Below, in pieces: positions 1 to 14,792 of a DNA stretch of 64,000 nucleotides (within the stretch, counting starts at the first letter, position 1; every line of letters starts with the position of its first letter). The stretch is from Bigelowiella natans CCMP2755 (lineage: Eukaryota; Protista; Cercozoa), in NCBI GenBank assembly GCA_000320545.1, contig ADNK01000014.1:11914-75913 (forward strand), written 5' to 3'. Below the pieces are notes generated by a model, which saw only the letters and a list, made by a program, of their open reading frames with translations, made no database searches and had not been told where the DNA came from. The position numbers were made by a program, and so were the translations under genes.

Positions 1-120
1 CTAACAACAGTTGGCCCTCATCGATATATTTCTGAGACTTTCATTTCATCGGATGGCGCTGCTGCAGTGAAGAAAGCGCTCGGAATAAGCGAAGATGTAA
101 ATGGTAATACTTTCTCGTAA
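1..120 (+). CDS. Possible 3' end of an upstream gene (LTTVGPHRYISETFISSDGAAAVKKALGISEDVNGNTFS*)
   Basis: Frame +1 is open from base 1 to TAA at 118-120 with protein-like composition; no family recognised. Confidence 0.3.
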   Translation, partial: LTTVGPHRYISETFISSDGAAAVKKALGISEDVNGNTFS

Positions 121-1297
121 AATTAGAAGCCTGTGAGGATTTTGATTTGTGCCTTGAACCAAAATGATATGAATAATGAGATCAACTCTTGGGAATAACA
201 AGATAATGCTTCCAACATGTGTGCGAAGTACATCGTAGTCACGATACCCGCGTGTACATAGTAGTAACAAATCTACGCGTGTAAATAGAGCGTTTGCGCG
301 TGCTAGCTCTCAAGTTGTCCTGTTGTATGCTGACGGCCTTTCAGAACTTCGCGTACATAGCATGCAGTTCATGACCTCATGCCACTCTATTGAGAACAAT
401 GCTACTTATATAACTCTTATACGAATGAATACCACACTATCACAATTACTGCACCGTGTGCTATCGCACACAGAAGAGTCTTGATAAAGATCGATACCTT
501 TTTTACCTAAGAAAGGTGAACGAACGGTGCATGCATGCATGCTTTATCTATTCATGTACAGCACGATGACAAGCTACATGCACGCAACTTCTGCAACCTT
601 TTTGCGTCCTAGTAGATTAAAGGTGACGTAAGAGCCTAACAATAGTTTTGACAGGCAAAGTGATGTATGTGCTATGAAGAGTGAAGGTGCTTTGTCTAGA
701 CGGCAACATGGTTCGACAATTTTCGTTAAAACATCACCGTGCTCACAATGGCACCTTTGCAGCGAAAACGCTGGCGGGACGATGATTAATCATGCAGAGT
801 CGCACACCCACACAAGTTTCTCAGCACACTGCCCTCGCACTCGAAATGTAAATAACATGCGCGAGCAACACTGGAACGCATGAGTAAATGAATGAATGAA
901 TGAATGAATGAAGCTAGTTCCAATGCTTGATTCGGAAGGGTTGAAGAGAAGAAGAAAGATCGAGCCGATGAGCCGATCGGCTGCAGATGCTCCAGGAGAA
1001 GAAATTAGGATGTGCGGAAAGTTTTCCATGGCCTTTTCACCCAAATTTACGACATAGAATCCGTTTTTCGAATAAACGCTCTGAGCTGTGAAAAAAGAGA
1101 GAAAAAACACGAGGATCAAAATCATTGTCGTAAGTGAAAAACCAAGGCGTTTTTGGTCTAAAATCCTCGAAGGTGTATCACCCACGTGCCAGCACGAACG
1201 ATCCTGGTTGTTTTCTCGTCTGTCATCGTTGTGAGAGTGAGGGAGGAACTACTACTTTTGCATTTTCAACGGAGGCAGGGTCGGGATCTGCTAGACG

Positions 1298-1482
1298 ATG
1301 GGATCATACACAAGTAGCCTGGAGGATGGATCAAGCAATAACTCCATGCTTGCTGACACAAAGTCAAAATATGGGGCGCGCCTCGATTTGCTTGGAATCC
1401 TTGGCGTTGTTCAATACATCGGGTAAGCGAGAGTCGCCATTCGAGTTGCTCGCGCACCACATCAACTGGCCTGCCATTTTGT

Positions 1483-1515
<33 letters not shown>

Positions 1516-3664
1516 CTACTACTACTTTTTCTCAGCACGCACCATCGGAATGTCGAGTCGTTATTCACCCACGTGGAGAGTTCGGTAGACTACGCCAGGT
1601 GGGATCCTGTGATGTCAGCTCTTGGCAGCATGAATTTCTAATCAGCTTCGCTCATCTCCACAGCCAAATCGACCCTTATGCCCTCCACGATATGCGAACA
1701 GCAATATCAAACGGAGATCCAAGGGAACTCAACAAGCTGCTCCCCGAGTGTAGCCCCTACCTGGTAAGCACGTGCTTTACGAAAAAGCCATCTCGTAAAT
1801 TCCTCTCTAGTTTCCCAGAGGGTAGGGTCATCGGAGGAACCATAAACTCCTCTTTTTTGAGAAGTGGATTCTTCTTGGCTAAATCACAATTCTTATCTAG
1901 GTTGCTGCCGCGCTCAAAATGCATTTTAAAGAGATGGAGGTCCCCCCCCCCCCCCCCCCTTATTGATCACATTACGGTAGTGAAGAATAGTTCTGAGAGT
2001 ATATGGTGTATTTCTGCCAGGAACCTATCGTTCCTTTTCGGTATTACGAAGATTTTCTCGCAGCAGGTCGTATTGAGATGAATCGAGAAACACACATAAT
2101 CGATGTTGGATTGCACGTCGTCGTCCACATCCCTTCTGATCTCTCAACTGTACTACCATTACCATTTGCGTTGGCCAACAGGGAAGCGTCTCGCCAACGC
2201 TACTGACGATCAAAAGGTAGGTAACCAACTCCTCGATCATTTTACCGAAAGTACAATCTCATCAGGGAGTTGTTCATGCAACGCATGAGAATATGTGACG
2301 GTCTGTTTTTGTTTGGTAGGTGGCCGAATACCGTCGCCTCTTGGACCAGCTACCCACAGTAATCCACAGTTTGTAATAGTTTTGATTCAAACATAGAAAA
2401 CCTCTCCAGTGCGATAGTAAATCTCTCCCTCCTCCTCCTCCTCCTCCTCCTCCTCCTCCTCACCCATCGTTCTTGTTGATCAAGGTACCGCATGGAACAC
2501 TGGAAAAGCTAATAAGGTGGTTTCAAACAAATCCAAAGAGGGAGGCTCCTGCCCTCCTAGCATCATCCATGGCGGCATGAATTAACAAGCCTGAGCGAGA
2601 GAAGGCCTATCTTTGAAAATATAGGAGGGCCGAGCCTTTCCCAGCGTTTGCCATCTCCCTACTTCTCTACTATTGCAAAATGCAGTTATCACAAGCCAGC
2701 ACGTTCTCATTTCTCCTCTCTCCGTTTCAGGCTGCTAGATATTCTTGAAAGCGGCGAGTCTCCATACATCCTCGCGTGTGCCTTCGCTTCCTCTGTTCTA
2801 CGGTACGTGATCACGTGTTTGCATTTGTGTATATGTATGCTACCTTTGTTCGTCGTATTCATATGACACTACCACAGTACTACCATCATCTTTATTATCA
2901 TCATCACTGTTGCTTCTTTCATATCAAAATGCAATTAAAAATATAATATATATGTTATATACATGCATATCCGGAGTACAGCCCGAAGCAGACTCCTGAG
3001 TCCACCATTCGCATGGTCGAAGACCCAAAGGTAGCTGTTTTATGCCTATGTGCTTTTGCATTGTACAAATATCGTCTTATATTTTTCATCTCCTTCTCCT
3101 TCTTCTTCTTCTTCTTCTTCTTCTCATTGCATATCTCAGGTCATTCTCCGTGTCCTGCATTTCATGGTGGGCAAAGCAAAGCGTCTATTTCCAAGGCCGG
3201 GAGATCCAAAGCAATCAAAGAAGAAGCAGCAGCAGCATCAGCAGCAGCCATTGCCACCTCCACCTCCCCCACCGTCATCAAAGAAAGTGATGACAGCAGT
3301 ACCACCCTCGATAAAGCCATCGAAACCAAAGCAGCAATCCCCATCGACGCTACAACCAAAGCAGCAGCATTATACAGGCAAAAGAGCAGAAGGGCGAGGA
3401 GGAGGAGGAGGAGGAGGAGGAGGAGGAGGAGAGAAGACAAAATCTGGTGGAGAAGAAGGCAACGGTCGCCGCCCCAAGTAAGAATTCAGTGAGAGGGGAG
3501 GATGAAGGAGTGGAATTGCGAAGAAGTATTAGTAGTAGTAGTAGTAGTAGTAGTAATAGTAGCAGCAGAGGGGTGACGTTGCAGACATAGAAGACTGAAG
3601 AAAGATTGATGATTAGACTTGTGCAAGATGATGATGATGATGATAATACCTTCTGCTGCTCCTG

Positions 3665-3696
<32 letters not shown>

Positions 3697-4327
3697 GATG
3701 CATCATCAGATTCCCAGCCCTGAAGAAACGACAAAAGAAATTTGGCACTCTCACGCCAGGAGAAAACTCGATTCAACGGCTGCAGGTAGAGATACATGGA
3801 ATAGCAGGAAGTTATTCGAGTGTAACCTATAACTGTCTCTTTTTGTCAAAGAAATGAGAGAGGAGGGCATATATAGTTGTTGTGGTTGCTACAATAGATG
3901 ATAGTTTACGCAGCAGCTCGGTGATGATGCGGTGCCGTCTACCTTCAGTTTTATTATTCGAAACTGATCAACGTCCTCTCCCCATCCTAATTGTTGTATG
4001 CAGGCGTATACAATGCGTGCGAGGATGAACAATTCAGTGAAAAGGTGTGTGGTTCCTGATCCCCCCCCCCCCACTCGCCTAAATGTATAGAAAACAGTCA
4101 AAATCAATCGTGTTTCTCGCTCGTCAGTGATGGTGGTGACGTTGATGTGTGACTAAAGATAACTTCCGTGAGGCCTAACTCTCTCATTCATTCGTTCTTA
4201 CGTCTGTGTTTTTCTGTTGGAAGGCTGTCGAGTTCTCAAGGCAAGAATGACAGCAACTCGCTCCAAAATGCGGTGAGTACTGCTACGTATCACAGTTTGG
4301 AACCAGTGCTCTCTCCGCCGTCTCAAC

Positions 4328-4404
<77 letters not shown>

Positions 4405-6568
4405 GCATAGATATAGCACTATATGCATGCATGTATCCATCGATCTAATGCCATCTTTTGATCTGCTGATTTTTGAGGTAGATGCGGCTTTTTGGGTCTC
4501 TTTTCCCCTTTCCTTTCTCAGGTGAGCAGGTTGAGGAAAACTGGCATTCGAAAGGCACCAGAGAAGAAAGTGGCGGCGACAGCGTTCCCATCTTCGTCGA
4601 AGACGGTAAGACGATAGCTTTTTGAGCAGGGGGGGGGGGGGGGAATACGTACCCGGGAATTATTGTCCTACATCTCTAATAAGTCGCGCAAACTATCACG
4701 ATTTCAATGCTACTCTCACAACTCTGCTGATATGATTCCTCCGGATACAGCTTTGCTACCCCATCTTCCTAATATGATGTTCTTTGCTCGCGTAAGCAGG
4801 CCAACAACAGCCATACTACGGTGGGAGCATCAAGGGCTGCATCTAACAAGCCGCAGCACGATGATCCAGGGAAAGAGAAAAAGAAGAGAGTGATGAAGAA
4901 GGAGGCAGCGACAGCGATCACGACGACAAAGGAAACTAAATCGCCTGTCAAGAAACCGACGATGACGACAACTTCGGTCTGATATTCTGAAAATTTTATT
5001 TTGGCCCTTCCATGATGCCGCGATAAAACCGCTTATTATTCAAAAATGTACATGATACAATATAATATACACATATATGTAGTAGTTTGTAGATTTTGTG
5101 TATAATTTAGCATTATCTAATGTTTGCTCTGCCTCATCCTCCCCTTCTGCCCGTTGTCTTTTTTCATCTTTTACGATCGATCTTCATGTTTTGGACGATT
5201 TGGGTCCCCCCCCCCCCTCATTCCCCCCTCTCTCTCTCCAACCTTTCGCATGTGCTTTGATTAACAAACGTGTGCGACTATTGCAACTGCAATCCATCGC
5301 CTCCCACCACGATCATCATACTATGCCAGTCTTGGTTTCGGCCTGCCCCCCCCCACCCCCGCCGCACCATAGGCAGAGCAGATCCCTGAAAGATTTCCGT
5401 CCAGATGCTAATAGACGCAAGCAGAAACAGTTGCTGCAGCAGCTGCAGCAACACAACCTGCACCGCTCATTTCCCTCCTCGTCATCATCCTCTGTCTTAT
5501 ATAGACGGGGTGGTGGTGGTGATGATGATGATGGGGGGGCAGCTGCTAGTTCTGAAGATGACGAATATGTCGATTCTGATGACACTGATGAACAGGAAGC
5601 AACGATGGGTTCAAAGAACAATCAACAGCAGCGACAGCCACAGGGCGCAAAGAAAAAGTAGTATGTCGATAGAGGCACATATTACCACACGCACACAAAG
5701 ATGTATCTTGTTAAGTTTGCACCTACATCTTGAATGAATATCACGTATGCAGGGGGTAATAAAGAGTCCTTGTTTCGAGATATCGTGGCTGCCACCGTCA
5801 TTAGTTTATGATATGTGCCTTGTTGAAAATACCAGAAACAGGAAGGCTTTGGTGTCGATGTGGGACGAGAAGGTGGGGAACCGATCGACCTCATAGCTTA
5901 CACCATCTTCTCCAAAACCAATCCAATCAACATCTAACACTACCGCTACTTGTTCGTCACTGCTTACGGTTCAGTCTTACGATATCATCATTGTAATAGA
6001 ATCGGGAGCTACATTGAAATACTTTATGTACCCCGTACTATGCCACCAAAGTTCATTCGATTGACTTATGCACTTTACTGCCTTCTCCTCCTCTTCCTCG
6101 TCCTCCTCCTCTTCTCCCACGAGCAGGCAAAAAAGGCTGCGGCACAGCAGAAGCGGAATGTGTTTTCAAAAGACTACGACAGCAGCACACACGCAAAGGG
6201 CAAGAATAAACCCGGACAAAAGGGGTCAGTTCGGCGCCGCGCAGCATTCGCAACGACGCAGTAGCGATCGCAACACAGAGGGAGGAATGGAGTAAAGTCA
6301 AGTAGCGTTTTATGTTGGAAAATATCAGGCTATGGAACACACAATAGCTAATTCCTCTTTTTCTTCTTCTTCTTCTTTTCCCCCAACTTGCTAGTTATGG
6401 AAAAGCTCCGGAAGGCAGCAAGAGTGCCGCAAGGGCGGCGAAGGTACCGAATAATTAGCAAGTAGAACCAATAATGACTGTCGAAAAATGCATGGGGGGG
6501 GGGGCGGAGGATTAGAGGAGCAGACCAAAAGCTGACTCATTGACTTACTCTTCGGATATATTTAATGG

Positions 6569-6621
<53 letters not shown>

Positions 6622-7496
6622 TTAGACATAAATATGTGTGTGTGTGTGTGTGTGTATGTGTGTGATTTTAGGCCAAGCTGTGGGTGAAGCAGCAGATTGG
6701 ACAGCTTATATCCGTCATCAAGAAGGTGCCTTTGTCATGTGTGATGATTGATGACGAAGAGAACTGCCGGAAGAAGAGAAGAAGAAGAAGAAGACGACGA
6801 CGACGACGTTGAGAGAAGGAGAAATGAAGAATGACAAAAGCACACCGTATACCACCTCACAGAGGAGGAGGAGGAGGAGGAGGAGGAGGAGGAGGAGGAG
6901 GAAGATAACTAATTGGTCTTTTTATTTCTATCAGATTGGCTCTCAGAGTTCCCAAGGCAGATACGAGGTAGTAATGAGCCCCGCACAGCGTAATATTCTC
7001 ATGATGTAAGAAGGTCTGCTTGTGACTGTTTGCAGGTGACTTTCGGAATCATCTTCGTTGCATATCAGGACATATCCGACACCTTGGTTGGAATCCTCAG
7101 AAGGTGCTGCCACTGCCAGTACCAATCGTCCTACTTGCTGCTAAGTACCCTACGACGACGAAGACTTCACATATCTGGAATAACCATACTCACCGATGAT
7201 TTCAAGATGGCATGCTTGCCTTATTTCTCTTGCTGACAGGGAATATCCAAGAAAGTGAATTGATGTTACCCCTCCCCGGTTTTCCCAAATTGATGTTTTT
7301 AGGGCCAGGAAGTACGGATGCGTGGAGTTTGAGGGCGACATGCTGTATGATTGTTGCTAACTAAAAGTTAAATAAATCTTTAGATCATGGATGTAAATCT
7401 ATATTTTTCATCAGGTTCCAAGGCCAATCTGACAATGTTATCATTTCTCTCACAGCAAAAGCTGACACGTGGAAGCATATGCCACCTGCAAAATAG
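1298..7496 (+). CDS. Multi-exon RhoGAP-domain protein with C-terminal ABRA/STARS-like Costars domain
   Basis: Spliced peptides VQYIGTHHRNVESLFTH, VAAALKMHFKEME|EPIVPFRYYEDFLAAG, YRRLLDQLP and YILACAFASSVLRP follow the RhoGAP helices. The C-terminal exons give YGKAPEGSKSAARAAK|AKLWVKQQIGQLISVIKK|IG...VTFGIIFVAYQDISDTLVGILR|RARKYGCVEFEGDMLFQGQSDNVIISL, a Costars domain. Exon phases are compatible from ATG 1298 to TAG 7494-7496. Confidence 0.8.
4329..4401. repeat. Compound (AC)n(AT)n microsatellite in intron
   Basis: Directly visible; representative of dozens of intronic simple repeats in the window. Confidence 0.95.
6571..6664. repeat. (TA)n and (TG)n microsatellites in intron
   Basis: Directly visible. 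Confidence 0.95.
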
Positions 7497-9234
7497 TAAC
7501 TGAATCCTGGCTAGACTGTATACGATAACGGCTGCATGTGCGATGTTGCTCTGCACAATTTTGTTACAAAATAAAGTAAGTGTAGTGGGTAGAACTTAGG
7601 CTCATCATTCATCATGCCATGCTGCAGCTAGATCGAGACGCATAGGAAATACGGCTGCCTGCCACATGGACGAACTATGTTCTCTAGTTCTAGTAATACG
7701 TTTACTACGATTACGAGCTAGCGAGCCTAGTCTTCACTAGATCATTATTTGTGTCAGACGGATTCTGCGCTACACTTGTAGAAGGCGCGCACATGGACAA
7801 TGTTAATTATGACACAAAGACACACACACACACACACACACAATACATATCTATATAATCTAGGTTTAGGTTGTTTTTTTATATTCTGTACATTTGACGC
7901 AATCACGCAAGATAACAATAACGATATTTGTGCTTGAATGCTAGAATGTCTCATATACTGCATGATACCTTTTACGATATTTGGGAAAAATTCAGTATAA
8001 TTTCAACGGTATGCATGAATAATGCTGAGAAAATTGTTTATCACCGGACGTATTGCTTGACACCACTAGTTGAAAGATAAAGATTTGCTTTCAACATAGC
8101 AGCAAACCTGCTTCTATAATACAACTAAATAACAACTAGCTTTGCGTCCAAGAATTTTGGTGCACAACAACATCTGTTTCCATTCTACTTTTTGTGCTAG
8201 GGCAACGAAAACCGTATCGTTCAAGCGTAACTTGTCTGAGTCGATACTTCTTGATAAGGTGTATAACCTTCTCTCTATTGTTTACATTCAATGACTGTGA
8301 AGTAGAAAAGCAACAAATAATAACCATTATTATCGGATCACTAAAACTGTCGTGAAACGGGATAAAAAATATATATGTGTGCAAATATTCAATATGTTAG
8401 CTTTGATGTAAATTATGGAACGACGCCCATTTTCTGTGTTTCTATTCATGGAAAAATGTGCTAACGAAGTGTAATTATGACCATCTGCCGTATTTGTCGC
8501 ATGAGATCGTCTAAAGACTCCGGTTTTGGATCCATTCTAGACTTTTTTAATCTAAACGGAAGTTGTGAACGCACACATTTGTTGGCTTCATCGTATCAAA
8601 CGAAGAGTCTCTGATATGAATCTTCCACATCTTATCCCTCCCGTGTTGAACAAAATCGAAACAGACCTGGACTTATTTTCTTGGACAGAGGAAGGAAAGA
8701 ATCGATTCTTCGTCGCGAGAGAGGTACGAGTAAGTAGATAAACGTGGGTCGAACGATAACCACGTGGAGGGAGGGGATATCCGTTGGTTAAGAAGTCAAT
8801 TTCGAGATTTCGAACTAGATTGGAATTTCGAAGGCGAAAATATCAATAATTTCCGGAATACGTCAACATTTATGACATGACGGAGGTCTGAAATCACGAG
8901 GGTTTTCGCCTCGTTGAATATCATTTGGAAACGAATCCCTCTGACGAATTATCAATAGAGGAGATCAATTCGGATATTGTTGTCGTAGGGTAAATTTGCA
9001 TGGTATTCCTGGGAAGGATCGATACATGAAAATTTGGATAAAAGTGGATACCGGAATTGTCTTACAAATATCCTCATTATGTTCGTATCATATTTTGATA
9101 TGACCTATCTGTATGCAAGTACTGTTTATAAATATTTCAATATTATGATATTTTATCAATATAATTATGTCCAATCATTGCTGAAACGGATGTGTAACTG
9201 GCGAGCCTAGCCTGCCAGCATGGACGAGTAGAAG

Positions 9235-10840
9235 ATGGCAGACGATGGAGGAGATGCGGAAGCCGCTTTGGCTTTGTCTACGCTTTTAGTTGAGGAGAGC
9301 GGGAGTGATGATATTGACACTAACGATATAAAAGATGAGCCTGGCAGGGCCAGCGACGAGGATTCCAAAGAGACTGAAACTCAAAAAAAGAAAGAGAAGA
9401 AACCCAAGAAGAAAGTCACTTCCTCCCCACGTCCCAATCAGCCTTCTTTGTGCAATTCGATACGTGTCATTTATTTTCTACTTCTGCATTCGAAGATTGT
9501 TTGCATTTTTGCACTCGTCGTGCTGATCCACCAAAATCGCTTGTTTTTCAGAGTAAGGAGGCTTTGTACGCAGAGCTCTCAAGGAATCCCGATGCGTTCA
9601 AAGTTGCCTGTATTTCCAATGGCTGCAAGCCGGTTAGTACCCATTAGTATTTCGAAGAAATCAAGTAGAGGCTGTATCTATTTTTGGGTATATTGATACT
9701 TATTTTTATTCTTATTTTTTTAGCAAGATGCACGCTCCTTATCAAAAGTGGAAATTTTTATGACAAATTACTCGAAGATGCGTGGACTGGAACCTTTTGT
9801 CAATTGTCAGCATCTGGAGATCTTACACCAACGTAAAATCTAATTCAATGATGCAATGGGAATAATTCATTCCTTTCCCTGCTCCCCCATTCAATTTAAG
9901 ATTAGGTGCTCAATAAATATAGATCTGCAAGTTCTTAATTTGAGTTCCTTCTTTTTGTTTTTTGACTTCTTCTCCTCCATCCCTCTCTAAATGGAAAAAG
10001 CGATTAAAGCTATTGAGGGCCTGGAACGGATGCCATTCCTGGAAACAGTTTGGATATGCCATACAAAAATTGATAGAATATCTGGGCTTGAGCGCAACTC
10101 ATGCATTAATGAGCTCCATTTGGACTTCAACCAGATTGCCAAAATTGAGAACCTGGACCATCTGGAACACCTCTCTGTGTTGTCCATTACTGGGAACAAA
10201 ATCACCAAGATTAGAGGCCTCAAGGAGCTGAAGAAACTCCGAGACTTGAACGTAGCGGGAAACTCAATTAGCGTCATATTTGATAGCCTTGAGGAGATGG
10301 AGGCCCTTGAACATCTCAACTTGGCTGGGAATCAGATTACCTCATTCTCGGAGATAAAGTGGCTCAAAAGATTGCCGAACCTGAAAAGGTTTGTTTTCGT
10401 CAACAACCATCCATCGCCGTCTCTTCCTCTTCCTCCCTTTCTCTTCTATCGGTTGCCATGTCCAATTTTCGATCTATTGCCCCAAGATGTAGTACACCAG
10501 GAAAGAACACGTTATTGTATGATGCCGTGTAATGGTATTGAGAAAGATGATACACACTCGGAGAGAGGGGATTGCGATAAAGCGAGAGAGTTCTATGCTC
10601 TTGCTGCACGAATCAACAGTTTTCTTCATCTTGTGACTGCAGGCTTTACCTGAATGATCCACACTACGGTGACAACCCAATCTGCAACCTCTCGAATTAT
10701 CACACATATTCTCTGTACCATATGTCGCACCTGGAAGTCCTTGATTGTGTAAAGCTGGGACCACAGGCCGTCCGCCTCGCAGAAGCCACCTACCAGAAGA
10801 AGCAGATGTAGGCCGTCCTTTTTCTCTTTCTCTCATCTCT

Positions 10841-10876
<36 letters not shown>

Positions 10877-12248
10877 TCCTCTCTTCTTGCATCTGCCGGT
10901 TGCTAGTAACAGGAAGCTGACTGAGGAAGTACATGACAGGTTTTACGCGATGCACTTGCGAAGAATAACTAGTATAAGGAGTGACATTCTGACGGCCGGC
11001 GCAAATTTGGTGCGTGAGCTTGTCAACAAGGTCGATCTTCTGCTGCATCCAGTTATCAAATCGATGAAAACGCTGGTCGTGGACGAGCTGCGAAAGACGC
11101 ATGGAGTCCAACTCGGTGACAGAAGGATGGTATCTAGGGAGCTTGCAGCCGTGCAAAGCGAGATCGGCGATCACATCGACATTGTGCGGGCTCTGGAGGG
11201 CGAGCTCTACACGCTAACCCACGTGATCAATAGCGCGGCTTCCCAGCTCTCCGCCAAGCTAAAGATGGAGCTCGACACTGGTGGCAACTTTCAGCTGGTG
11301 CACAGGACGGAAAGGGAACAAGCATGGTTCAAGAGCTGCGTAAAGTTCATGTCGCTGCAATACAAGAAGGTGCCTGGGGTCGACCTACGGATTCAAGACG
11401 TCATCAAGGTGGAAAACCAGTTCGTTCGCAACCGCTTCGAGGAGACCCTGCAGGCATTACCAGTGTTCAATCCGGTCAGGATCGACTCGCCAAAGCCTCA
11501 ACTGCACTACATGTTTCTTTGCGCAGAGCCGCACGAGTAAGTCCTCGAAGCAGATACGCACACAGTAAATAGTACAGCGAGAGTATTGTCGTCGTCATCA
11601 TCACCATCATGTATTATATCTTTAGGTACAACCTAGAGGTCGTGCTGCGGAAGGGATTCGGAAAAGTGGCCGGTGGGCGAGGTATCGTAACACTGACGGA
11701 CTCAGTCAACTTAGCGCTTGAAAGAAAGTTGGGAACCAAGTAAGATTTTGCCAACATCATTCACGTACTCTACTTGAATGGTGATAATGGATAATATTAA
11801 ATATCGATGGTGTGTATTGACACATTACACTCACGCTCAAAATCACACCGTTGGAACTCTGTCGCACCTGCCCCCCTCGCCTATAACAGGCTCTCGTCAG
11901 GATACAATAAAAGCATCTTGAGGAAACCCCAGCTGGGTTCTCTGTTAGTCGTGAAGGTCTATCTCGGGAACAATCGCTCCATCAGCCAGAATGAGGTGCC
12001 ACCGAACCTCACTGACATGTGTGCGACGTTCCGAGACTACAACTCCATTTCTGTCTCGGTGGATGACGAAGATGCAGCAGCGAAGCAGAAGGTGACGACA
12101 TCTAGTGTGACGCCTATGCGAATCTTTTTGTGATCTTGTCCATTTTTTCATTGAAACAACCACGACGACGTCGAAAATTTGCTAATTTTTTTTTTCCCCT
12201 TTAATGAGAAAGGAGTTATGAGAGGAAAAGAGAGATAGGTGAGGTGAT

Positions 12249-12287
<39 letters not shown>

Positions 12288-12643
12288 ATTTCCTTCCGTC
12301 CTAATGTTGTATGTTCCCAGGAAGAAGAGGGGCAAAGAGATGGCGACAAGGATGATGAAGATCGGAATAAAAATGCAGAAGGAGAGCAGGGCGGGGGTAA
12401 ACCGAAGCGAAAGGTCGTTGCAAGCCAGTACTGGTATGTATTTGATACGGCGCTCATCGTTCCCGAATACATCATCGAGTACAAAATTGGCGAGAAGAAG
12501 GTGACCAAGCATTCCAAGGAAGACGACGAATCCAAAGAGGTCTGGATCGAAAAGTTCATCATGAGTAAAACAAACGACTCGCTACTTTCCTTCTTTTATT
12601 TCTGGGAGGCAGGAAACTTCAGCGAGGAAGTAAAGAGGGGAAT

Positions 12644-12683
<40 letters not shown>

Positions 12684-13572
12684 AGAATGTTGGTGAAAAC
12701 CCTCCTTCAATTATTTATAGAAATGTGATGATTTCTATTTTTACACACACACACACACACAACAACGCGTACAACATTTAGCCCGGGATAGTCCCGAACA
12801 GCATGATATCTTTTGAGCCTCCGGCGTCCGACGAAGCACTTCAGCTTGCAAGGACGTTTTCCACTCTCGCCAAGCCGTACGATGAATTTCGGGAACGACT
12901 CGCTAAAGTGAAGAAGATTATCTCGCGCAAGGACACAAAAGGCGCTTCCCCTCGAATCGTGTCTTCGCGTGATCACGAGAGGGAGGAGCTGCACATCAGC
13001 CCCAACCAAATATTTGTCGACGCGTTTTCCAGGAAACTCCTCATTACGCCGGTGCTTCCAAATTCTAAGGTATGAAAGTAATGAACAGTTTGATGATGAT
13101 AAAAGTTATTAGTATTGGTGCTTTGTTGTAGCATCCCCCCCCCTCCCCCCCCCCCCTTCTCAATCTAGAAGTTAACTTATGCGCTATTGAATGGCTATAA
13201 GGTGCTAAAGACGCTCATTTTGAGTTTCAACCGGCTGAACTCCATTGAGGAACTGGATGGGATAGCGCTACCTGCCCTCACCTTCATGGACTTGGCATAT
13301 AATGAGATCAAAACACTAAAAGGCTTCCCTTCCGCCCCAAATCTGAAGTCGCTTGATGTGTCACATAACCTACTCACGGGGCTTGCAGAGATTGACGCTA
13401 TTGCTAAGCAGGTCGTCGTTCACAGCTCTCACCATTTATGTTCTTATTCAGCATCATCGATAGCCTTATAATTCCCCTTACTGTTTCGTATCATTGCCCG
13501 TGCATTGTTTGAGAAGAAGGTAGATCATGCTAGACTACACAGCAGCACTACCGCCTCGCAAATTAGACAACT

Positions 13573-13603
<31 letters not shown>

Positions 13604-14019
13604 GGTTCCCGACCTCCTCGAAGTAAATCTACGCGGAAACTACTTTTGCCGGTCCCTTCTGTACAAGACCAAAGTGCTATCATGCTTCCCAAAGCTGATC
13701 GGCTTCGATCTGCAGAAGGTTAGCCATCGAACTCGCAAGAGGATCAAGAAGCTCCCTTCTGTGCCCCTCTCGGAGAAGGTGCTGCTGCAAAGCTCCGATC
13801 TTTGCGGCGCGCAGTTCCTATCACGGATGGGATCGGCCAGCAAGATCCAGACGGAGATGAAGGAAATACTCGGGGAAAACGGCGACAGCAAATGGTAGGT
13901 CTTTCTCATCTCCTCCCTCCCCCCCTCCCACATCCGAAAAGAATGGCTTCTACTGCGATATTTGTGTGTAATTTGATGGTTTACTCGACATAATGTTGAT
14001 GATGATGTTTCCTGTCGTG

Positions 14020-14050
<31 letters not shown>

Positions 14051-14737
14051 CCCTCTCCAGGAGAGAAAGGGTTACGGAGCTGAAGCTCGGGAGTATGGGA
14101 TATAAGCCATCGTCCAAGTTGCTGACAACTTTCCCGAACCTTAAGACGCTGCAGCTGCCCAACAACGACATTTCAGATGCCGACGAATTGCAGCTCTCAA
14201 ACTGCAAATGCCTCCAGGTAATATGCGTAATGACTGGCTACGATATAAATACTCCCACGTCATTTATCATACTCATTTTCCTCGTAACGCCCACACTGGA
14301 CAAGCACGCACGCACTTGTATGGGCTTGAAGTATGCTCATCACGGGCAGCCTCATCGTCATCAGCATCATCATCATCATCATCATCTCATCATTACCTCC
14401 CCCCCTCTCCCTTCACCCCCCCTTTGTTGTCTATGATCCAGGCCCTCGATCTTGACGGAAACCGTATATCTCGCATCCCTGGCTCCTTGCCTGACTCGCT
14501 AATGTCGCTATCACTCGCCAACAACTTAATCTCCCGCATGGAAAAACCCAGTGGTTGGACTGCATCGCTTACACGCCTCTGCCTTGAGAATAACCAGATC
14601 TCCTCTCTGGAAGGCTTCTCGAGCCTTACAGCGCTTATGGAGCTTTATCTTACGAGAAACAAGTATAGTAGAGTTGTCTTTAGTCTTTCGTACTATTTGG
14701 TCACCACACGAACACACACACACACACACATTATATG

Positions 14738-14792
<55 letters not shown>

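Noticed and set aside
1134-2081. 315-aa ORF with poly-His
   Set aside because: Reads through introns and a (CAT)n repeat; only part is in the true RhoGAP frame.
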